DNA of 45,523 nt, from the NCBI GenBank assembly GCA_002269645.1, contig NIVC01001710.1, forward strand, positions 201,632-247,154. The letters run 5' to 3'. The notes below the pieces were generated by a model. It worked only from the letters and a program-made list of their open reading frames with translations. It did no database searches and was not told the origin of the DNA. The stretch comes from Macrostomum lignano (lineage: Eukaryota). Position numbers and translations under genes: made by a program. Below are positions 1-10,065 of this stretch, one piece after another (position 1 is the stretch's first letter; each line of letters starts with the position of its first letter).

Positions 1-1615
1 ATTTGAATTTTTTTGCTTTTAATCAGGTGAATTTACCTTTATCATAAGATATTGCTATCTTGATAGTGGGACATAGAATTTGACAGTTTTATGATAAATT
101 ATTTCTTGTAATTCTTGGTCGGTCGCTACCTTAAGGCTAAGTTCTTAGCTTTTTTAAGAGTTTGAGTGCCCCTATAGTAAAGCTAGTTAAACACATAGTC
201 TTGGTATTAAAAACTGACATGAATAATTATTGCTTTAAGTAAAAAACAAAATAAAAAACAGTCAATCGACAACGCAATTTTACTTTTATGAACGTTGATG
301 AAAGCACTTGCAAGCTGAAGCTATATACATGTATAACATGAGACTAAATTTTTCCCATATCGAATGATTGTTATATATTATAACTATGTTAGTAAGATTA
401 TATATATTCATTTAATGAATTCCACAGTCACAGTTGTAATGTAAAAAGCAAAGCGCCTCCTCACCGCTCAATCGTTAATCGATACAAAAAACTATTTTGC
501 TAAAAAAGAATTTAAAGGTTGACCGATGCAAAGTTTCTAGTGTAAACTTGGCTTCAGAAACAGACTTTTTAACTTAAACTATTTTTTAACAGCGAAAATA
601 GCTTTGAGACGTTTTGGAAGAGCTTTTATCTTAAAATTATATATTTCCAACACATGAATATGCAGTATTTGTTTTAACGTTAAAAGTAAACTCAAGCCGC
701 TATTAGAGAACACAAGATCTTTTTTACCTCGAACTCACCTTATCTAAAAACATACATGACTGGATTTTTAAAATATGTGATGAGAAAAATTAACTCGAGT
801 TATGAACGGCTATGCACACGTCAGGGTGGCTATATTTCAAGGGTATGCAATTTTGAAACGTTATATAAAGCCTGGCCTCTATAGTCATCTTGCCTTTTAG
901 AATGAATGGAATTTAAGCAAAAATTCCTGAAATAAAAATAACGCAATAAAATATACATATACAATGGTGGAACTTTAATTTTCTATTGAAATTGATATTG
1001 TTCTGAAATTGTCCAATAAACTAGTGGACAAAATGAGTGATTGTATGGACCCACATACATGTGTTATTAATATAATGTGGTTTTTAAGCTATTTTAAGTT
1101 ACATGTATACTGTACATGCACAGTCACTAAAGTTACATCTGTGTCTTGTTTAAAAATCGAAATTTAATACTTTATCTACAATTCTATTGCTAGAGCAGTT
1201 TCTTTTTTCAGCACACGTGTAAACTATTGAAAGCAAACTTAATTCGTACCAGAAATCATGCACAAACTTCAATAAGTGCCAAGTTTTCGTCCCATACCTT
1301 TCTCTATATGGGCTGAGAATCTGAGATACACACGAATTGCAGCAAATACTCATTTTGATCTTCCCTCCTGGCTCCAGGCAGCTGCATGCAGCAAACAGCT
1401 TCAGTAGTGAGCATGCACTTTATTTACCATCTGTGCATTTATTTCCCTAGACGGCGCGGCAGCTTTCATTTGCTATTTGTTTGCGGCTCCTAGAAATTAG
1501 TCTGTGTGCGAACCTGCAAAATGGCATTAGAAGTTAAGCAACGCTAGTGCTTCAACTTATAGCCGCTCCTCTGAATAGTGGAATTGTGAAACAGCCCCCG
1601 GAGCGCAGAGAAGCC

Positions 1616-2539
1616 ATGGTCTCCGTTGCTTACGACTGTGTCAACCTCAACCACACGATCGACAAGGTGGCCAAGTGGATGGCCACGTCCGACTCGCAGG
1701 TCTGCCTGTTTGCAGACGACAATTCTGTCTCCATTCTGTCATCGCCGTCAACTACAAACTCGGCGGGCGAGCAGGGCCGACAGGTGCTAATAGACCGGCT
1801 GAAGAGCGACGCGGTGAGCCGCATGAAGTCGCTGCTCCGGAGCACGGCCAGCCAGGAAAACAACCATAACGAGTTCAAGAGGAAGTCCAGCGACAGGCGC
1901 GCCGCCGCTATGGACGCGTGCAGCTCTAACAGCTCCGGCGCGACACCGAACCGGAACCAGAACAACCGAGGCCACGGCACCGAGGCGGAGCACCGGCGCA
2001 AGACGCACTCGGACAGCCGGCACAGGCGCCAGTCGCAGCCGTCCAACAGCCACTCGGTTGCCATGCAGCGCAAGGACAGCGGCGACGGCAGCGGCGACTT
2101 CAAGGAGGACAAGTACCTCGAGCGCATCATCGAGCGGGCCACGCAGGAGATTCGAGTCGCAATCTACAAGCTCAGCGCCGAGAACAAGCTGCCGGAGAAG
2201 TGCCACCTCAAGATGAAGCTATCCATCAAGCCACAGCGGGCAGCCAGCGAAGCCAACAGCCCAAAGGAGCAACACGGCCGGCATCGAGGCGGCGCCCGCG
2301 GCAGCCGGGGCGAGGACGAAGGACGCCAACGCGTCTCAAACTCGAGCGTCACAGGACCTCAGGGAGAGACGGCGAGGGCAGGTCGGACCGGGAGAAGCGG
2401 GCCAGCTCGACGTCAAACAAGCGGGAGCACCGCCAGCAGCGGAAGGACAAGCGGAAGCACTGAGCCGCCAACTCGCGAGCCATCAAGACGCCATTGGAGC
2501 CTAATAAAACCTTTTGAAGTCTTGAAGCCGTGCCTCTGA
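1616..2539 (+). CDS. Hypothetical protein (~307 aa), Ser/Arg/Gly-rich and probably largely disordered; no recognisable domain
   Basis: The supplied ORF 1547-2539 starts at a non-ATG codon. The first ATG is at 1616 in good context (gaagccATGG). The region is GC-rich with G/C-ending codons against AT-rich flanks. A possible acceptor (gaaacag|CCCCC) lies at ~1594. An intron in the 3' third cannot be excluded. Confidence 0.65.
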   Translation: MVSVAYDCVNLNHTIDKVAKWMATSDSQVCLFADDNSVSILSSPSTTNSAGEQGRQVLIDRLKSDAVSRMKSLLRSTASQENNHNEFKRKSSDRRAAAMDACSSNSSGATPNRNQNNRGHGTEAEHRRKTHSDSRHRRQSQPSNSHSVAMQRKDSGDGSGDFKEDKYLERIIERATQEIRVAIYKLSAENKLPEKCHLKMKLSIKPQRAASEANSPKEQHGRHRGGARGSRGEDEGRQRVSNSSVTGPQGETARAGRTGRSGPARRQTSGSTASSGRTSGSTEPPTREPSRRHWSLIKPFEVLKPCL

Positions 2540-3029
2540 ACATGGTTTATTTACCAATCAGAATATACCTACAGCTCTTTGAAAAATTGAAACATAAAAT
2601 ACGTTTAGCGCTGACCTACCCTTCAGACCTCCCTTGGAAAAGTTCTACGAGCCAATATTAACTATCCAACGCTTTGCCCAACCACCGGGTTCGCACCCTT
2701 GCTTTATAGCTGTATTCAGCGCCAACCTTGTATCTAAGCTGTTAAGCATTAGTTTGTTGTGCACTATGAAACACTTGACCTTCCACGAAACCCTCTTTAA
2801 TAGCTTTTTTAGCTTTTCAATTAGTGCCATTTCGCATTAGGTAACGCATGCTGAGAGCAATGACAGCTATTTTCGTTATTCACATCTGTAAGAAAGGTGA
2901 CTTGCCTGTTTTTTCAGCTTAAAATACACAATATGCAAAGTGCCTTTTTTACAACATGCCAACTACAGCATAGCGCTCCACTGACTTATTTTTCATAAAG
3001 ACAGCAGCGATTGATTGCTTGCCGACACA

Positions 3030-3700
3030 ATGGCGCCCGACTCCCAGTGGCGCCCCGACTCCCAAAGTAGCGCCCCGACTGCAAGAGTAGCTCCCTGGCT
3101 GCAAGAGTAGTGCTCTGACTGCAAGAGTAGCGCCCCGACTCCCAGAGCAGCGCCCCGACTCCCAGAGCAGCGCCCCGACTCCCAGAGTAGCGCCCCGACT
3201 GCCACAGTGGCGCCCCGACTGCCACAGTGACGCCCCGACTGCAACAGTGGCGCCCCGACTGCCACAGTGACGCCCCGATGGCCACAGTGGCGCCCCGACT
3301 GCCAGAGTGGCTCCCCGACTGCCAGAGTGGTTCCCCGACTGCCAGAGTGGTTCCCGACTGCCACAGTGACGCTCCGACTTGTAGAGCGGCGCCCCGACTG
3401 CCAGAGTGGTTCCCCGACTGCCACAGTGACGCTCCGACTTGTAGAGCGGCGCCCCGACTGCCAGAGTGGTTCCCCGACTGCCACAGTGACGCTCCGACTT
3501 GTAGAGCGGCGCCCCGACTGCCAGAGTGGTTCCCCGACTGTCAGAGTGACGCCCCAACTGCCAGAGTGGCACCCCAACTCCCAGAGTGGCGCCCGACTGC
3601 CAGAGTGGCGCCCCGACTTGTGAAGTGGCGCCCCAACTCCCAGAGTGGCGCCCGATTGCCAGAGTGGCGCCCCGACTTGTGAAGTGGCGCCCCGACTTGC
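3030..3700. repeat. Minisatellite, 20-bp unit (ccagagtggcgccccgactg), with three identical 60-bp trimers at 3361-3540
   Basis: Tandem periodicity is directly visible; lines 3361, 3421 and 3481 are identical. It lies between the convergent 3' ends of the orphan gene and the kinase. Confidence 0.95.
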
Positions 3701-3993
3701 AAAAAATCGCAACTTAGAACATAAATCTGTTTTTTGTCATTTTTTCAGAAAGCAAAAAGGACCACTCGGTCTGAAAGCGATCGAATGGTTAAATAAAACT
3801 TTTCTCGTCAGCATCATCCGCTTGTTTATTTGTCGATTTTTAATTAAAACTAAAAAACTCTCGCCAGTGAGCACAGCCAGCGGTATTGTTCAGCAAGGAT
3901 CGAATGCATCTTGGCTTGGCTCGGGGAAAAGAAGAGATTGGAAGCAATATTTTTTTGTGAAAAAAACTGTCGATGGTACAACAACAGCGCGGG

Positions 3994-6900
3994 TCAGCCG
4001 TCGGGCTTGTAGTCCGGGTACAGGGTGCGCACGTGCAGGCTGTCCGGCGGCGACTCGGACTCGAGCAGGCGCCAGTTGACGTCCTCAAAGTAGGAATAGC
4101 GGATAACCTCGCGGACCAGAGGCCGGCTCGATGGGTCCTGGCGCAGCAGGGACTTCAACAGTTTGGCCAGGGCCTCGTCCTGGGACCCGGGGTGGCAGGC
4201 GTCGCACAGGTGGAATCGCCATTCGGGCTTGGCGGAGTTGAGAAACTTGCTCCACATGTGCGAGTTCGATGAAATGTAGATCTCGGCGATGAAGAAGCCG
4301 AATAGCCAGGCGTCAATTCTTATGAAGGAAATAGCACGGGGCCTTATGAGTATCTGGGATGCAGATTTCTGTCTGCGCCCACCTAAGAGACAGGGCAACC
4401 AAGAGACAGGGGCAACCAAGAGACAGGGGCAACCAAGAGACAGGGGCAACCAAGAGACAGGGGCAACCAAGAGACAGGGGCAACCAAGAGACAGGGGCAA
4501 CCAAGAGACAGGGGCAACCAAGAGACAGGGGCAACCAGGAGAATTGGGCAACCAAGAGACATGGACAACCACCAAGAGGACAAATTTCTGCAAGCGTCAC
4601 GGCAAAGCTGCAACTAGCGCCAGCAGTCTCACTTGTAATCGTTGACCTTCCCGCCAAGCACCAGGCACTCGGGCGGATAGTACTGCATGGTAGTGACCCG
4701 CCGGTTAGGCACATATTCATCTTTATTCGACTTGCACTCGACAGCCAGGCCGAAGTCGGCCAGCTGAGGGACGCCTCGATGATCGATGAGTACATTGTCA
4801 GCCTTGATGTCCTTGTGGCAGATGCTGATCTTGTGCAATCTGAACACGGCGTCGATGATGCAGGAGATGTAATATTTGATGAAGCGCGATGGCAGTATGC
4901 CCACCTCGCGTTTGATCACCTGCCAGAAAGGCGGAATTAGTCGTTTAATAATGTCACATGAGCTGTCAGCAATGGTCGAAATTAAATAGATTATTATATA
5001 AATAAACAATGTAATGTAATAACAGTCTTCATCAAAAGACACAACATAAATTCTTCATGCAGTCTTCATCATAAGACATGACGACCCTAAGGTCTCACAC
5101 AAGACACGACCTTAAGGCGTTACCCCAAGGCACGACCTCAAGGCCTCACCCCAAGACACGACCTCAAGGTCTCACCCCAAGACACGACCTCAAGGTCTCA
5201 CCCTCAAGACACGACCTCGACCTCAATGTCTCACCCCAAGACGCGACCTCAAGGCCTCACCCCAAGACACGACCTCAAGGCCTCACCCCAAGATACGACC
5301 TCAAGGTCTCACCCCAAGACACGACCTCAAGGTCTCACCCTCAAGACACGACCTCGACCTCAATGTCTCACCCCAAGACGCGACCTCAAGGCCTCACCCC
5401 AAGACACGACCTCAAGGCCTCACCCCAAGATACGACCTCAAGGCCTCACACCAAGACACGACCTCAAGGCCTCACCCCAAGACACGACCTCAAGGCCTCA
5501 CCCCAAGATACGACCTCAAGGCCTCACACCAAGACACGACCTCAAGGTCTCACCCCAAGACACGACCTCAAGGTCTCACCCTCAAGACACGACCTCGACC
5601 TCAATGTCTCACCCCAAGACGCGACCTCAAGGCCTCAACCCAAGACACGACCTCAAGGCCTCACCCCAAGGCACGACCTCAAGGCCTCACCCCAAGACAC
5701 GACCTCAAGGCCTCACCCCAAGGCACGACCTCAAGGCCTCACCCCAAGGCACGACCTCAAGGCCTCACCCCAAGACACGACCTCAAGGTCTCACCCCAAG
5801 ATACGACCTCAAGGCCTCACACCAAGACACGACCTCAAGGCCTCACCCCAAGACACGACCTCAAGGCCTCACCCCAAGATACGACCTCAAGGGCTCACAC
5901 CAAGACACGACCTCAAGGTCTCACCCCAAGACACGACCTCAAGGTCTCACCCTCAAGACACGACCTCGACCTCAATGTCTCACCCCAAGACGCGACCTCA
6001 AGGCCTCAACCCAAGACACGACCTCAAGGCCTCACCCCAAGGCACGACCTCAAGGCCTCACCCCAAGACACGACCTCAAGGCCTCACCCCAAGGCACGAC
6101 CTCAAGGCCTCACCCCAAGGCACGACCTCAAGGCCTCACCCCAAGACACGACCTCAAGGTCTCACCCCAAGACACGACCTCAAGGTCTCACCCTCAAGAC
6201 ACGACCTCGACCTCAATGTCTCACCCCAAGACGCGACTTCAAGGCCTCAACCCAAGACACGACCTCAAGGCCTCACCCCAAGACACAACCTCAAGGCCTC
6301 ACCCCAAGGCACGACCTCAAGGCCTCACCCCAAGACACGACCTCAAGGCCTCACCCCAAGGCACGACCTCAAGGCCTCACCCCAAGGCACGACCTCAAGG
6401 CCTCACCCCAAGACACGACCTCAAGGCCTCACCCCAAGACACGACCTCAAGGCCTCACACCAAGACACGACCTCAAGGCCTCACACCAAGACACGACCCC
6501 AACTGTCCACACAGTCCTCACCTTAAGAGACGAATGCTTGGCCTTGTACATGACTGAAATGAAGAACTTATCAGTCATATAATAGACTAGAAGGTGCGAT
6601 ATAAAACGCGATTCGCGTTGCGCAATGACTTGCAGATCAGCTTTAAGTTGGTAACGCTCCATTCGGGCCTTGCAGGAGCTGTGCATGCACACTTTCATAG
6701 CCAGACTGGACGAGTGCTGGCGTCGGCGAACAAATAGAACGAAACCCTGGCCTGAAGTGTCAGTTTTTATAGCATTATCAATTTAATCTTCTCCACAGAC
6801 TGCTATAACACTCGTGCTCGTAACTGATTGAAGCCTACTGGTAAATAATAGCAATTAAAAATTCACAATTGCCTGGATCAGTCACTTTGGCCGAAGCCAG

Positions 6901-7397
6901 TGCAATGAGCTTTTATTCCCTCATTAGGCCTTACCACCAACGAATATCCGACGATCCTTCCGCTGCAGCACGTACTCGGGCATCTGCCATTTCTTAGCCC
7001 CGTCGGCGTACCTAACCGAGTCGGACACGACCTCGGCAAACAGATCGTTGATATTAAGCGTGCTGACAACCTTCATGAACTCCTTCTTGTCCATGTTGGC
7101 CCAGTCTATTTTCAGGTTGTGATTATTGGCGTCGCTGTTCTTAACGCAGCCGATTCCACGCGACGGCCCCTGATCGAGGTCCGACGCGGCCAAGTCGTGG
7201 GAGAAGCTGAAGCAGATGCCTCGGGCGGAGCTACGGTTTGTGTAGACCAGGGCGGGGCCCGCCGACGCCTCCCTGTGCAGGACGACAGCGCTGGCGGCGG
7301 TGCTGGCATCGTCGTTGCAGCAATCTTCTGCAGGCTGATTGTTCAGCTCCACTAGGGGGGCAGCTTCCTTTGTCGGTGAGCCCGTCTCGCATTTCAA
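3994..7397 (-). CDS. Divergent AGC-like Ser/Thr protein kinase, 4 exons; start codon uncertain
   Basis: Exons are ~7397-6935, 6751-6522, 4919-4633 and 4318-3994, with GT-AG introns of phase 1, 0 and 2 (1305 nt, in frame). Motifs in order: RIFVGGQGFV (Gly loop), AMK, SRFISHLL..FISVMYK (hinge), HKDIKADN, DFG, YYPPE, KIDAWLFG, and YFEDVNWRLLE (AGC-type tail). The ORF begins at TTG with an in-frame TGA five codons upstream. Confidence 0.9.
4385..4560. repeat. Minisatellite, 17-bp unit (caagagacaggggcaac), ~10 copies, in kinase intron 3
   Basis: Direct periodicity; lies within intron 4319-4632. Confidence 0.95.
5078..6500. repeat. Minisatellite, 26-bp unit (acacgacctcaaggcctcaccccaag), ~50 copies with a recurring longer variant, in kinase intron 2
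   Basis: Direct periodicity and a 26-aa translation period. The variant containing ctcgacctcaatg recurs about five times. Confidence 0.95.
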
Positions 7398-8249
7398 TGC
7401 TCCTCCTTTTCATGTCGGGGATTGAAGGGGGAGCCAATTTTTGGCGATTGAGAAACAAATAGAGGACTTCGGTCAGCGGTCCGTCAGCATGCTCAGCTAT
7501 TAGCGCTAATTGGCAAGTCAGCTGCAGCCCCGAATCGTACGCTTAATAAGCTAAACTGAAATAGGGGAAATATCTTCTTATGCTCCTAATAACGCATATA
7601 TTTAATAAGTAGATACGTGAGGAAGCTTATTTGCGGGCGTCGGAATCGAATCCTGCCATAGACACTAGCGAGTCTTGCGAACAGACAGTGGCGCTTCTTT
7701 AGAAGTGAGTTTTATAATTTATGTCAATTGAGAAAAGTCTTGAATTGGTATACAGTAATTTCTTTAATCGAACAGCCCCCCAAAACACATGCATTCCATA
7801 CGTGCCAACACCAGAATCCAGAAGTCTACATGATCGAACACACGTGCACGCAAGACAGCAATCGACCAAAAAAACTAAAAAATAAGGCGATGCCAATTTA
7901 GGAAGAATCCTTGTTTTTCCTCTTAGCGTAAAAATTCAATGATTATTCCATCTAAAAAATAAATAAAATAATTCTAATTATTTTACTGACAGCAGTTGAC
8001 AGCAGGTTCCAAAATAATTCATTTTTTTAGCATGCGCTGAAATTAATTTGAAAACATGCTCACCGATATGTATCGAAAAATATGTAAGTGCGTACACATC
8101 GTAGGTGTTTATGAAGCACTGCTGATTCTTTTTACATACGCAACACTGATATACGATCATTGATTTTTTCTGTGCAAAAACTTACAAAGATAAGGTAAAC
8201 CGTAACAAAATGGGGCGAATGCGTCAAACTTATTTTGTGGCAAAAAGTG

Positions 8250-8322
8250 AGCCGCTAGGGAGGATCGAACTCCCGACCCCCGGTTTACTAGACCAGTGCT
8301 CTAGCCACTGAGCTATAGAGGC
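8250..8322 (-). tRNA. tRNA-Thr (anticodon AGT)
   Basis: Minus strand reads GCCTCTA-TA-GCTC-AGTGGCTA-GAGC-A-CTGGT-CTAGTAA-ACCGG-GGGTC-GGGAG-TTCGATC-CTCCC-TAGCGGC-T. This is a full 73-nt cloverleaf with one U4:C69 mismatch in the acceptor stem. A T5 Pol III terminator follows 4 nt downstream (8242-8246). Confidence 0.9.
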
Positions 8323-10065
8323 GGTGTTGAGGGACAGCAAAATTATACTTTTTATACATACATTTCCTGTGAACTATTTTAACCTGAAAGTTCCAAGAAA
8401 TCGCCAATTTCACGTGCTGACACGTGCAAAGCCAAAGCTTATTAAGAGAGTGGAACTTAATTCTGACAAACTCCACAAGGCATCATAGGCCTAAGCATAC
8501 GAGTAGTCGGGTACTAGCGCTCGTAACTGCTTTGGTTTCTAATTTTACTCATATTAAGTTGATAACCGTAATCGCATCATGCCGATCATGGTCATGCTAT
8601 GCTACATGCTAGGGTAGCTGAGCTGGTAATTCTAAACACCAGCGGGCTCCTAGCCTAGCCCAAGCCCTGTTGGGCGGGCGTCGGCGACCCCTAGGATGTA
8701 ATTTTAATGCACTGTCTTATTATGGTATAGTATAGGCGTATAGTATAGCCAGTTTTTTTAAATAGGATAAGAGTAATTATTTTAAGATAGGCCTACACCT
8801 ATTTAGGCCAATGTCTAGAGGGTAGAGATCTATTTAATTTCTTAGGACTTAGGCCTACCTACAGTACATTAGCTATAGTATACAAAGGCTATGGTTTGTA
8901 TACTATAGCTAATCAGTGCTAGCTAGTCAGTGCTAGTGCTAACTATACTCTATAGACTATAGTATAATAATAGCATAACCAGGGCAGCAATTGTCAAGTT
9001 CCAATTGTTAAATTATTTTGACTCTAGAAAATTTTTAAAGCTTTCCTAATATAAGACTAGAGTGCAAATAGAACTTAATACTCGTAATATATTATATATG
9101 GAAAATTTATACTTATAGAAGCCTAGGGCCTAGTCTTACACTCTTAGACATACTTGCAAATTGCTTTTGCTAACTAGTGCCTATATGGCTATGCCTATGC
9201 TATAACAAATCTATGAATTAGACTTAGACTAGGGGGCCTAAGTCTTAGACTAGGCCTAGGGCCTAGACCTAACTATTATTTGCCTTTTGCAATTAGAAAC
9301 CTAAGTATTAATATTAGTCCAACTAGAAGGGTAAGGAAACAGTTGCCCTCCTCTTAAAGCAGAGACTTAAAAAATCAAAGGAAGACCAAGCAAATAGAGC
9401 CACCTCCTTCCCCTTGGCTTGGGTCCTTACCTTCTAGAATCCCCCCTCCTTAACAAATTTCTATTTGTGCTACTAGGCCTAAGGCTAATGAATTAATCAT
9501 GTTTAAAATTAGAAATTTGAATTTTGCACTCGGTAGGCCTATGTATAGATTTGATCATTTTTAAAGATAAAGTCAATCATATATATATATAATACAGTGC
9601 AGCCCCATATATATATTAGATAAATATATTAGATATATTATATAATATAGGCCTAGACTGATAAAAACAATATATAGGCTCAAGCCAATAAGCCATATAA
9701 TTTTTATATGCACTTAGGATAGTATAAGTAGGGGCCTATGCATTTTGGTTGGCTAATTTAATTAAATTAATATTATAATATCCATTTCAGAAATGATAAA
9801 ATATTTTGGCAACAAAATGAATTTTTATTTGCATTAATAAATTTTTAAACTAAGTATATTACTATTAGTAATAAGCCAAAGGAACCATTACCTATAGCTT
9901 GAGCACTATGGCTATGGATAAGCCTAATACAATGAAAGATATTGTGGAAGATATTAATGTAAGTTGAAACTTTTTATCAAATATTTTTATCCTTCATAGT
10001 TAATCTAGGTACATGTATTTAGCCAAATATATAAGTCCTTAAGCTCAACTGTGATTATGTTTTAG

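Noticed and set aside
7630-7660. B-box-like GGATTCGATTCC on the minus strand upstream of the kinase
   Set aside because: No A-box or cloverleaf could be built, and it is too short to call.
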